Shown here in pieces: positions 29,624 through 38,629 of a stretch of DNA of 64,000 nucleotides. The DNA is taken from IMG/VR virus record IMGVR_UViG_3300042503_001396, positions 3,738 to 67,737 of that record. One strand, given 5' to 3'. The position numbers were made by a program, and so were the translations under genes. Under the pieces are notes generated by a model, which saw only the letters and a list, made by a program, of their open reading frames with translations, was not told the DNA's origin and did no database searches. Source of the stretch: a virus. Position 1 is the stretch's first letter. Each line of letters opens with the position of its first letter.

Positions 29624-31488
29624 TATAGGTATGCTAAGTCGAGTAGAAGTTTATTCTTAATAAAATTATTTAACAGTTTAAATTCACTTATTGTTGGTGT
29701 GACAGATGGTTGCTGTTGAGATGGGTAAGATGTCTGAGGTGCTTGTGGTTGAGTAGCATCAATGAAAAGCATTTGAGATCCTTTTCTCTCAGGTGTAATT
29801 GTAGAAGGTTGTGATGATTTTGGTTGTGCTGAGATTTGTGCAGGTGTTTCTTTACTTGCTTGAGTATTAAATGGTGCAAATTTGCTATATTTTGTAAGTG
29901 CATCAAATCTTCCGGATAATTGATACTTATCCCATCCAGTTCCTGCTTCCCAATGAAGATGAGGTCCTGTTGTTCTTCCAGTCATACCAACTTTTCCTAT
30001 TACTTCACCTTTCTTGACTGGACCTCCACGCTTATATCCAGATTGCATGTGCCCATATAAATGATAAATTCCAAGATTATCTTTCATTACTAAAAAGTTA
30101 CCCCAACCAGATTGGTAATCAGAATCAACAATAACACCATCAGAAATTGCTTTCAATGGAGTTCCCATTGCAACTTGCAAATCTACTCCACCATGATTTC
30201 TTCCAGCACCAAGACGATCACCAACTTTTGGATTTACAGGAATAGATGGTGTGGGTGGTGGTGATGCCTGAGGTTTTGGTGATGATATTATTGTATTAGA
30301 TGGTTGATTGTTTTTTTCTTTAGTAGGTGATCTAAATGATTTAATAAAAGCATTATGGGTTCTTCTTCTTTGGCCATAAACTGCTTTATCTGGGTTTTCC
30401 CACTGTATCATCCAATTATCTGCTGCTTCTTCTGGACTGCTAAATTGTTTTTTTAGATATAATGGGGTATTCTCATCATTTTTTATAGCATAATCTATTT
30501 GTGCTTTCCAATTATTTCTCCAATCAGGGACTGCTTGTAAAAATCTTCTTTTTCTTGATGGGTATGTATATTGAAATAATCCAATACCTGCAGATCCATT
30601 ACCACTTTCATCTGCTCCAATTCTAAAACTACTTTCACCTTGAATATTTGCCAAAATTCCCAAAGCATGTATATGTGAAATTCCCATTTGCCTTAAATGA
30701 GAGTAAGCTGCTTGAGGATTAAGAACCCCTGATGATGTTGTTTCTGGTCCAGTAAAAGGAGTGATAGGAGATGTACCTCTTTCCTGAGGAATTGGAGGGA
30801 ACATTGTATCTGGTTGCTTTTCATCGAGTGCTGGTGCCTGCTCACCAGTTTCTAGTGATTCTGTCAGTGGTGTTGTAAAAAGTTTAAAGGTATCGGTAAT
30901 ATTAGTTCCTAAATCCTTAATAGAAAGATTTAATTCTTCAAAGGACCTTGCAACAGTTCCTTCTCCAGCAAATTCATCAAAATCTAAACGAACAATTGCA
31001 TCTAATGAATATCCCAAAGTCTGACCAAAAGATTTAATTATAACTTGCATACTATTCACCATACCATACATGGATCTTCCAAAAGAATAAATTCTAGATA
31101 TAAATTCTTGACCCATAAAAATCCACCTTGGTAGATTTTCTACAATCCAACCAGCAGTAATAAAACCTAAAAATCCCAACAATCTTCCCAAAGGTCCCTT
31201 TTCACTTCTAGATAAAAATGAAAGTCCTGCTTGTGGAGATGTTGATACTCTTGTAGATTCAATTCTATCCTCAAGTTCTTGCCTTTTAGATGCTTCTTCT
31301 CTTCTAGAACTTAAAATATCAGATCTTGCAAATAACTCTCTCTTAACTCTAGTATTTGTAGCAACGATTCTTGAAATATTATCTACAGATTCATTTACTG
31401 ATGATGTACTTTTCTTAGTGTCAGATAAAGTCTTAGAAATATTTTGAATATTAATAGATGAATTTCTAAGAGATTCTAGTAATGCCAT
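29623..31488 (-). CDS. tail-associated lysozyme plus M23 peptidase
   Basis: GILANIQGES...GIGLFQY (tail lysozyme); HGGVD...YGHM...GPHLHWE (M23). Confidence 0.85.
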   Translation of the reverse strand: MALLESLRNSSINIQNISKTLSDTKKSTSSVNESVDNISRIVATNTRVKRELFARSDILSSRREEASKRQELEDRIESTRVSTSPQAGLSFLSRSEKGPLGRLLGFLGFITAGWIVENLPRWIFMGQEFISRIYSFGRSMYGMVNSMQVIIKSFGQTLGYSLDAIVRLDFDEFAGEGTVARSFEELNLSIKDLGTNITDTFKLFTTPLTESLETGEQAPALDEKQPDTMFPPIPQERGTSPITPFTGPETTSSGVLNPQAAYSHLRQMGISHIHALGILANIQGESSFRIGADESGNGSAGIGLFQYTYPSRKRRFLQAVPDWRNNWKAQIDYAIKNDENTPLYLKKQFSSPEEAADNWMIQWENPDKAVYGQRRRTHNAFIKSFRSPTKEKNNQPSNTIISSPKPQASPPPTPSIPVNPKVGDRLGAGRNHGGVDLQVAMGTPLKAISDGVIVDSDYQSGWGNFLVMKDNLGIYHLYGHMQSGYKRGGPVKKGEVIGKVGMTGRTTGPHLHWEAGTGWDKYQLSGRFDALTKYSKFAPFNTQASKETPAQISAQPKSSQPSTITPERKGSQMLFIDATQPQAPQTSYPSQQQPSVTPTISEFKLLNNFIKNKLLLDLAYL

Positions 31489-31489
31489 A

Positions 31490-33088
31490 TCACATCACCA
31501 CATTATAATTTAACTGAGAATATAAGACATAAAAATTATCAGGATTTGCAGAATTGATTAAAGGAACATCTGTCAGTGCCCCATTAGTTAAAGGAGGATT
31601 GGGTTGTTGTTGAGCACTTGATGTCTTAATCATTGTCAAAGATGGTTTTGGTTCTGGTAACTGACCAACTTGCTGAGGTTCTTTAGGTGGCATTGTCACT
31701 TGTGCAGAAGTTATTTTTGCCTCCTCAGTTTTTGATGGTTGATTCATACTAGCAGAATCTTTCAATTTCATTTCATTCCAATCATAACCCTTTGTCTGTG
31801 CCCAAGTTTTTGCTTGTTGTTGTTGATCTGGTGTCATTTTGTTCCAAGATTCTTCAATTCTCCCTCGTGCCATTGGATTATTGCGATATTGCCATGCCTG
31901 CTCAAATTTCTTTTCCATATCTTGAGATGGAGCAGGAGTTGATGGTTGTTCACCCATCATGGGAGTTTGTGGTTGAGCAGGAGGAGGAGGTGCTGGTGGT
32001 GTTGGTGAAGGTGTTGGTTTTGTGGAAGCAACAGGTGATTTTTTTAATTGTTCTTTTCTTTTTGCATCTTCAAATTCTTTTTTCTTCTCCTGTAATAATT
32101 TTGGATCTGCTCCAGTAAGATTTGAACCAAATAATTCTGCAATTTGATCTAATGTATAAGTTGCACCCGCAACTGCCCTAATTCCTCTAAATATTCCACC
32201 ACCAGGAACAAAAGTTAAAGCTGATAATATAGCATCAACTTTTTCCCCGTTCATCCAGTTCATCCATCCAGTTAGACCATTAATTAAACCACCAATTAAT
32301 CCTGGACCTCCCCCTCTAGGTTTTGGTCCTCCGCTTGGTGGAGCACCACCAGGTTTTGGTCCTTTAGGTAACAACGCTGCAGCAAGTGCAAGAGGTTTTG
32401 CGATTAATAATTTTGTCAATCCTGAAGCAATACCTGCAATCGTTCTTGTAATTAATGAAAATCCTACTTTAACAGCAATTAATCCACCAACTGCTATTCC
32501 AACATTTTTAAGAATGTTAAATCTAATTTCATTAAAAAGTTTTGTATTTCCTTCTTCAGATGCCTTTATTGCATCTACTGTTTGTTTAGTTAACCAACCA
32601 CCAAATAAAATTCCAAGGGCTGCTCCTATTCTACCAAAAATATCATTTACTTGTGGAACTAATTTTTGTACAGGTTCAGCAACTGCATTTTGAATTTTTT
32701 GTTCTATTTCATTCTCTTTTCCAATTCTAATTTGTCTTTCTGCTAATAATCTTTCCTTTTCTTGATCTACTCTAACTTTATTCCGATCTTCTGTTGCATC
32801 TTGTTGGAGAAGAAGAGCAATACCAGAAAGACCAGTTCCTAATTTTACAATATCGGTTCTTATCGCTTGGAGAGTCGAATTGAATCCTAAGAGGGCTTGC
32901 TCCTGTCCTCTGGATAATTCTGCATTTTGTGCATCAGATTGTGCTCTTCTGTTCTCAATATTTTGAAAAACTGATGCATCAATAGTAGATTTTTTTAAAA
33001 GAGCAGTTCGAACTTCTTGAGACAAAGGAGATCCCGTAACTGGATCAACACCAGATCTACCAACTTTTTCGGGATCTAACTCAGCCAT
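31490..33088 (-). CDS. putative tape-measure/hub-like protein
   Basis: coiled-coil, hydrophobic segments and Pro-rich tail, downstream of gp26/gp51. Confidence 0.5.
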   Translation of the reverse strand: MAELDPEKVGRSGVDPVTGSPLSQEVRTALLKKSTIDASVFQNIENRRAQSDAQNAELSRGQEQALLGFNSTLQAIRTDIVKLGTGLSGIALLLQQDATEDRNKVRVDQEKERLLAERQIRIGKENEIEQKIQNAVAEPVQKLVPQVNDIFGRIGAALGILFGGWLTKQTVDAIKASEEGNTKLFNEIRFNILKNVGIAVGGLIAVKVGFSLITRTIAGIASGLTKLLIAKPLALAAALLPKGPKPGGAPPSGGPKPRGGGPGLIGGLINGLTGWMNWMNGEKVDAILSALTFVPGGGIFRGIRAVAGATYTLDQIAELFGSNLTGADPKLLQEKKKEFEDAKRKEQLKKSPVASTKPTPSPTPPAPPPPAQPQTPMMGEQPSTPAPSQDMEKKFEQAWQYRNNPMARGRIEESWNKMTPDQQQQAKTWAQTKGYDWNEMKLKDSASMNQPSKTEEAKITSAQVTMPPKEPQQVGQLPEPKPSLTMIKTSSAQQQPNPPLTNGALTDVPLINSANPDNFYVLYSQLNYNVVM

Positions 33089-33122
33089 TTGATTGGTCTT
33101 CTATTATTCTTATTTATTACTA

Positions 33123-33228
33123 TATAAATAAAATTGCCTGAAGTTGACTGCAATCTCTACGGGTCGGAGAGGAGAAATCCTCTCCTTTGTAATATAAATA
33201 CAAATGCAGTCAACTAAAGAGTAAATTT
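33123..33228 (+). ncRNA. dual late-promoter small-RNA/leader cassette A
   Basis: TATAAATA 33123, TGCCTGA, 11-nt box, GAAA hairpin plus T run, TATAAATA 33193, complementary 11-nt box, AAGAG, ATG. Confidence 0.6.
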
Positions 33229-33312
33229 ATGGTAAATCCTAACAGATTTTATACCTATGTCCCGGAGAAGGTTGGGATCTTGGGTTTAAAAAATCTAAAA
33301 AATCAACGTTGA
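33229..33312 (+). pseudogene. internally deleted homing endonuclease remnant
   Basis: MVNPNRFYTY (compare the YTYAYLRED genes at 42516 and 59736) joined out of frame to CPGEGWDLG. Confidence 0.65.
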
Positions 33313-33325
33313 TTTTTTAGATTTT
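33290..33325. repeat. perfect 36-bp palindrome
   Basis: AAAATCTAAAAAATCAAC/GTTGATTTTTTAGATTTT. Confidence 0.9.
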
Positions 33326-33479
33326 CCTCTTCAATATATTGTTTTAGAAGAGCAATATAAATTTCTCTTTCCCATGGAATCATTTCATTAATTTCAGTAA
33401 GAGACCAACCGTGATGCTGAATCAAAGAAAAGTTTGTCTTATAAAATGATTCAAGATTCTCATGTGAAAGAACTAGGCG
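33303..33479 (-). CDS. gp51-like baseplate chaperone ORF with no start codon (probable -1 frameshift extension of gp26)
   Basis: RLVLSHENLESFYKTNFSLIQHHGWSLTEINEMIPWEREIYIALLKQYIEEEN in the -1 frame after T TTT TTC. Confidence 0.75.
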   Translation of the reverse strand, partial: RLVLSHENLESFYKTNFSLIQHHGWSLTEINEMIPWEREIYIALLKQYIEEENLKNQR

Positions 33480-34192
33480 AAAAAACTTGATAGTCCTTCC
33501 AGCAATACTTCACTTTCTACACCGGTATTAGGATTTTTAATTTTTAGAGTATGAGAAAGTTTAGGCATTGTTGAAAAGAAACTTTCAAGATGCTTAAATT
33601 GTTTTGAACTCAATTGTTCAATAAACTCAGACAATTCTTTTTGAGTACAATCTGATGCAGACCAAGACTCTTCTTCATTATATACTTGTTCCATGCAAGA
33701 AATAATAAGATTGAATGTGTCATCAACACTCATAGTAAACTCATTTCCAAAGTTAGATTTAATAAACTCATTCATTGATGGATATTTCATTCTCAAAGAT
33801 AAATTATCATCAAGTTTAATATCCCTTGAATGATTTTCATCAACACTAATTTGAATATCGTCAAGATTAACACTTATTGGAACCTGTGTTGTTCCATCAT
33901 CTGGACAGGTAATTAAAACGTCAACCGTTTCTCCAACAGATTTTCCACGAATGTTAAGAAACAAATATTCAATATCAAAAGTTGCAAGTTGTTCAACTTT
34001 AATTCCTTTAGTTAAAATGCAATTATTAATTACAGTTTTAACAGCGTTTGCAATTTGCTTAGGATCTTCACTCTCCATTGCAATGATCAGAATTTTTTCT
34101 TCTTTTACAAGAAAAGGGCGATATTTAATTTCTTTTTTAAGAGATGGAATTTCTAAAGAATACGAAGGAGTTGCAATTTTTGGAAGAACCAT
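33473..34192 (-). CDS. gp26: baseplate hub assembly protein (gp26-like)
   Basis: LPKI.TP...YRPFLVKEEKIL...IRGKSVGE...LEGLSSFF. Confidence 0.85.
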   Translation of the reverse strand: MVLPKIATPSYSLEIPSLKKEIKYRPFLVKEEKILIIAMESEDPKQIANAVKTVINNCILTKGIKVEQLATFDIEYLFLNIRGKSVGETVDVLITCPDDGTTQVPISVNLDDIQISVDENHSRDIKLDDNLSLRMKYPSMNEFIKSNFGNEFTMSVDDTFNLIISCMEQVYNEEESWSASDCTQKELSEFIEQLSSKQFKHLESFFSTMPKLSHTLKIKNPNTGVESEVLLEGLSSFFA

Positions 34193-34220
34193 TTTTTTAA
34201 TTCAAATCATTTAAACATAT

Positions 34221-34988
34221 TTAGTCTTCAATTTTAATTCGCAATATAGTATCAATATTTCTTTTTCTTTGATAATTCGAAAGTCCAGGAGCATTTGAAA
34301 TATAACCAGTAACCAAACACTTCCATTTTTGCTTTCCTATATTTTGCCTCTGTTCCTTTGAAAATGCATGAATACCTGTTTTATTTTCATATGCTTTATT
34401 TCCACTAATCTTTCCACCTTTACTTCTTGCTTTATATTTTTCTTCCTTACCTATTCCAAACATTCCTGCATTATTTTCATACAATAATTTTCCATATTTT
34501 TTTCCAAGATTTTGTATATGACCACTTTCAACATTTTTTTGTGCTAATTTTTTACCATTTTTCTGCCTAATTTCTGTAGATACCCCATATATACCAAGTC
34601 CTAATCTTTTTTGAGTTTCTCTACCTTTATTACCATCTTGTACAATTTGTTCTTTTGTTCTTGAATGTATTCCTAACTTATTTTCAACTAATATTTTTGC
34701 TCCCTTTTTACACATTTCTATTGAAATTATTCCTCCACAATTTTCATTCAAACAATTTGGATCATTAATTACCTGTTTAATTAATCTGTTTTCTACATTA
34801 TTTGCATGTTCTCTAGAATCAAATAATTCCAATATTTGTTTTTTTGGTGTATAAAATTCCCAACACCATTTATGAGTTACTGCAGAACCCATATAATACT
34901 CTTCATACTTTTTTTCAGTATGACTACCATAGTAATAATAAGGGACTTCTTCAAAAGTAATTTTATATGTGTATATACGAGGTTGCAT
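34221..34988 (-). CDS. free-standing GIY-YIG (Seg-like) homing endonuclease
   Basis: IYTYKIT...YYYGSH...YMGS...E..LI...CLNEN; basic repeated C-terminal modules. Confidence 0.8.
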   Translation of the reverse strand: MQPRIYTYKITFEEVPYYYYGSHTEKKYEEYYMGSAVTHKWCWEFYTPKKQILELFDSREHANNVENRLIKQVINDPNCLNENCGGIISIEMCKKGAKILVENKLGIHSRTKEQIVQDGNKGRETQKRLGLGIYGVSTEIRQKNGKKLAQKNVESGHIQNLGKKYGKLLYENNAGMFGIGKEEKYKARSKGGKISGNKAYENKTGIHAFSKEQRQNIGKQKWKCLVTGYISNAPGLSNYQRKRNIDTILRIKIED

Positions 34989-35092
34989 AACTGCTCTTAA
35001 ACTGGTGGTTAATATTATTTATATTAGGAAAGGAGCATTTCTGCTCCCATTCTTCCTGAAAAGAACCACCAGTTCAGGCATTAATATTTATA
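34989..35092 (-). ncRNA. dual late-promoter small-RNA/leader cassette B
   Basis: same architecture as cassette A with a different 11-nt complementary pair. Confidence 0.6.
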
Positions 35093-35120
35093 ATAACCAT
35101 TACAAATATGATAAAATTAT

Positions 35121-35930
35121 TTATCTGTTATTTGTCGATCCATAAAGAGATTCTGTCAAAGTTTTGTCAAAAGGAAATAGTTCTACTCCATTTGATGGAA
35201 TAGATCCAGGAGATCTTGGAACTAATCTTGGTCTCGGTTGAGAAACTGGTTGTGGTTGTGGTTGAGAAGGAAGTTTATTACCATCTTCATTTCTATTAAA
35301 GTTCACACTATAAGATTTTCCAATTACATAACGATCAATTTTGAATGTTACTTGCATCTTTAATACATCAGATTGTCCATAAGAAACTGGCATGGATGCA
35401 ATATTATATGGATATAATCCAATAAAAGTATATTCTATTTCTCTTTGATAGTCACGATCAAATTTAATAATTCTAGTTTTATTTGACTTATAATATTCTG
35501 GATACTGCATCCTTATGAAATAACCTCTATCAACATTACTATTAATTGGTAAATTATTTCCATTGATTGGATTTGATGATCCACTCGCAATGAATTCCAT
35601 CCAATGCTCCAAGAATTTTAATGTATTGTAATTCTTGTCAACATAGAATTCAAGACTTATATCCTGATAGATTCTTTTATGAGCAAAAGTTTCAGTAATA
35701 CCAATATAATTTCCAGAAATATCTACAGTTGCAAGTTGAGTTGTTGGAAGAACTGCATTATGGCACAAAAGTCCAGCATCTTCAGCAATAAATCTTGATG
35801 ATACTCCCCTAGTTCTCAAATAACTTATTAATTCTCCAGGAAGTCCACCAAACTTAACCTCATAATGAGAAGTTTGTGCTAAATTTGTAAATAGTGGTTT
35901 GATATCTGATATTCTACGTGGTTTTGCCAC
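35121..35930 (-). CDS. tail tube initiator (gp54/gp19-like)
   Basis: LC..A.LP...LEFYVD...FLEHW; synteny with gp4/gp48. Confidence 0.7.
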   Translation of the reverse strand: MAKPRRISDIKPLFTNLAQTSHYEVKFGGLPGELISYLRTRGVSSRFIAEDAGLLCHNAVLPTTQLATVDISGNYIGITETFAHKRIYQDISLEFYVDKNYNTLKFLEHWMEFIASGSSNPINGNNLPINSNVDRGYFIRMQYPEYYKSNKTRIIKFDRDYQREIEYTFIGLYPYNIASMPVSYGQSDVLKMQVTFKIDRYVIGKSYSVNFNRNEDGNKLPSQPQPQPVSQPRPRLVPRSPGSIPSNGVELFPFDKTLTESLYGSTNNR

Positions 35931-35970
35931 TCTAAATACCTATTATGAGTTTCTTGTTGTAAGTATTTAG

Positions 35971-36408
35971 ATGTCATATAAAGGAAAATATAAACCATCC
36001 TTTCCAGATAAGTATCATGGAGATGTAACTAACATTATATACAGATCTTTATGGGAGAGAAAGTTTTGTGTTTACTGTGATACAAATGAAAAAATAATTG
36101 AATGGTCATCGGAAGAAAAATGTGTCCCCTATCGTTCCCCATTAGACGGAAAGATTCACAGATACTTTCCAGACTTCCTCATCAAAGTCAAAGAGTCCGA
36201 TGGTAGTATCAAAAAATATATGATTGAGATTAAACCATCCAAGCAAACTGTTCCACCTCCAAAACCAAAAAGACAAACTCAGAAGTATATTTCTGAAGTC
36301 TATGAGTACGCTAAAAACCAATCAAAATGGGAATCTGCAAGAGAATGGTGTGCTGATAATGGATATGAGTTCAAAGTAATCACCGAGCATGAATTAGGTA
36401 TCAAGTAA
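35971..36408 (+). CDS. gp4: head completion nuclease
   Basis: YKGKYKP..P.KY.GD...YRSLWE...HRYFPDF...IEIKP. Confidence 0.9.
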   Translation: MSYKGKYKPSFPDKYHGDVTNIIYRSLWERKFCVYCDTNEKIIEWSSEEKCVPYRSPLDGKIHRYFPDFLIKVKESDGSIKKYMIEIKPSKQTVPPPKPKRQTQKYISEVYEYAKNQSKWESAREWCADNGYEFKVITEHELGIK

Positions 36409-36989
36409 TGGCACTCACAGGATACGAAAAAAGATTAGAAGATTATACTAAAAATGAATTAGTTGAAATTGCTGAGAAATACAGCATATATTATACGACA
36501 GCAACTGGTCAAGGTCGAATTGATGGGTATCAAAGATTAAACAAAACTCAACTGATTAGTTTAATCAAAAATGACCATGACTATAAAAGTTCCAATCCAA
36601 ATTCTCCCAAATTACCAGGAACTAATCGTGGAGGAAATAGATTTTCAAAATTTAAAGAATCTCTATTTGGAAATGAAACTCCTGAAGAATTAATGGATGA
36701 AATTCTAACAATTGCAAGTGATACAAAAAGAAATTTTCCAGTTCCAGGTAAGTATTACACTTACGTCTATTATGCTGCAACTCCAAAAATACGCTATGAT
36801 CGCCACCCATTAATTATTGCTGGAGACATATTACCAAAAGGATTCCGCGCTTTTAATTATCATTGGGGAAAAATAAGACAATATAATACTGTAGATGGTG
36901 ATAGATTAGTAAGTGGTTTGTATGAATTGACACCACAAGAATATAATACTTTAAAATCAGTTCCTTATGGAAAAATTGTAAGAAATTGA
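36408..36989 (+). CDS. gp2: DNA end protector-like protein
   Basis: PGKYYTYVY...YDRHPLI...NYHW; synteny. Confidence 0.55.
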   Translation: MALTGYEKRLEDYTKNELVEIAEKYSIYYTTATGQGRIDGYQRLNKTQLISLIKNDHDYKSSNPNSPKLPGTNRGGNRFSKFKESLFGNETPEELMDEILTIASDTKRNFPVPGKYYTYVYYAATPKIRYDRHPLIIAGDILPKGFRAFNYHWGKIRQYNTVDGDRLVSGLYELTPQEYNTLKSVPYGKIVRN

Positions 36990-37011
36990 CAATAAATAGT
37001 TAAAAAAGTAA

Positions 37012-37911
37012 ATGGCAGGAACATTAAGATATCCTCTTAGTAATATTGGGCCACAAGATGATTATTTTAAAATTCAAGTCCTAAAATATGAATATCCTAG
37101 TTTAAATTTAACTGGAGGATTTGCTTTAAGAACAACAGAAGAAGCATTAAGACAAACTGGAAGCATTAAAACCTCATTGGCAACTATTATTCTACCAATG
37201 CCAGCAACAATTCAAGATAACAATGCTGCTGAATGGCAATCTGGAACTTTGAATCCAATTACTGCTGGACTTGCTGCCGGAGCAAATGCTGCCGTTTTAA
37301 GCAATAATGTCGCAGCATCACTCGGACAATCTATTACTAAGTTACTTCAAAATATAGGATCTGTTACTGAAACTGGAGAAGGACAATCAGCGATTGCTGC
37401 AGGAACTGCTGCGGCTGCAGTTCAAGCAGCAACAGGGCAAGGAAACATTAATCAAATTATTTCAAGAGCAACAGGACAAGTATTTAATGAAAATGTAGAA
37501 TTGTTATTTAATGGCGTAACAATGCGTCCAGCATTTAATTTTACATTTGACATGGTTCCAAGGTATAAAAATGAATCAGATACAGTTAAAACCATAATTC
37601 GAACTTTGAAAAAGAACATGACTCCTCAAAAAGGAAGACCAGATGTAAATGGAAGTGGTCTTTTTGTCTCAGCACCAAATGTTTTTAAATTAGAATATAT
37701 GAGTGGAGGAAAGCATCATCCATTTTTACATCGTTTTAAACCATGTGCTCTAACGCAAATGAGCGTTAATTATAATGGTTCTGCACAATATGCAACATAT
37801 GCAGATGCAACTCCAGTTCATATGCAATTGACTTTACAGTTCCAAGAACTGAGTCCGATTTATGCAGAAGATTACGAAACAGAAGAAGGCAAATACGGAG
37901 TTGGATACTAA
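37012..37911 (+). CDS. gp48: baseplate tail tube cap
   Basis: IILPMP...NVELLF.G...F.F.M.P...LTLQFQEL. Confidence 0.8.
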   Translation: MAGTLRYPLSNIGPQDDYFKIQVLKYEYPSLNLTGGFALRTTEEALRQTGSIKTSLATIILPMPATIQDNNAAEWQSGTLNPITAGLAAGANAAVLSNNVAASLGQSITKLLQNIGSVTETGEGQSAIAAGTAAAAVQAATGQGNINQIISRATGQVFNENVELLFNGVTMRPAFNFTFDMVPRYKNESDTVKTIIRTLKKNMTPQKGRPDVNGSGLFVSAPNVFKLEYMSGGKHHPFLHRFKPCALTQMSVNYNGSAQYATYADATPVHMQLTLQFQELSPIYAEDYETEEGKYGVGY

Positions 37912-38603
37912 TGACTTACTTCAGAGAACTTCCAAACTTAGAATATCAATCATTCTTATCAGATTCTAATTCATCGGATCAATATTTGATTGTTAAGAAT
38001 CTGTTCCGTAGAGTAAAACTTCGTGATGACTTACAAAATGTCTTTACTGTTTTTGATAAGTATCAGATTCCAGATGGGTCAAGACCAGAATTAGTGTCTC
38101 AAGAACTTTATGGTAGTGTTCAATATGATTGGGTTGTAATTGTATCAGCGGGAATCACAAGACTCAGAGATCAATGGCCACTTTCTGATAAACAAGTATA
38201 CGATTATGCAGAATCAATCTATGGCAATGACTTAAATGCAATTCATCATTATGAGACTAAAGAAGTTAGAGATTCAGAAGACCGATTAATTCTTCCTGCA
38301 GGTCAAATTGTTGATGCTGACTTTAACATTTATTACTATGACAATCAAACTCTGTACACAAATGATGCTACAAGACTGGGAGAAGATGTGATTCTTATTG
38401 CAGATCCTATTGTAGGAGTAAGTAACTATGAATACGAAGTGCTAAAGAATAATGAAAAAAGAAGTATCTATGTATTAAAACCGAGATACCTACAGCAAGT
38501 TATCAATGATACAAGAAAAGCGATGATTTATGATAAATCATCGCAATATGTAAATGATACATTAATTAAGACAGAAAATACTAAGGTCTCAATTCCATTT
38601 TAA
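37911..38603 (+). CDS. gp53: baseplate wedge subunit
   Basis: YFRELP...RPELVS..LYG...DWV...HHYET...NYEYE..N..KR.I. Confidence 0.85.
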   Translation: MTYFRELPNLEYQSFLSDSNSSDQYLIVKNLFRRVKLRDDLQNVFTVFDKYQIPDGSRPELVSQELYGSVQYDWVVIVSAGITRLRDQWPLSDKQVYDYAESIYGNDLNAIHHYETKEVRDSEDRLILPAGQIVDADFNIYYYDNQTLYTNDATRLGEDVILIADPIVGVSNYEYEVLKNNEKRSIYVLKPRYLQQVINDTRKAMIYDKSSQYVNDTLIKTENTKVSIPF

Positions 38604-38622
38604 GGGAGGAGATTTCCTCCCT
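38603..38622. terminator. hairpin between convergent gp53 and gp32
   Basis: AGGGAGGA-GATT-TCCTCCCT. Confidence 0.7.
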
Positions 38623-38629
38623 ATACACA

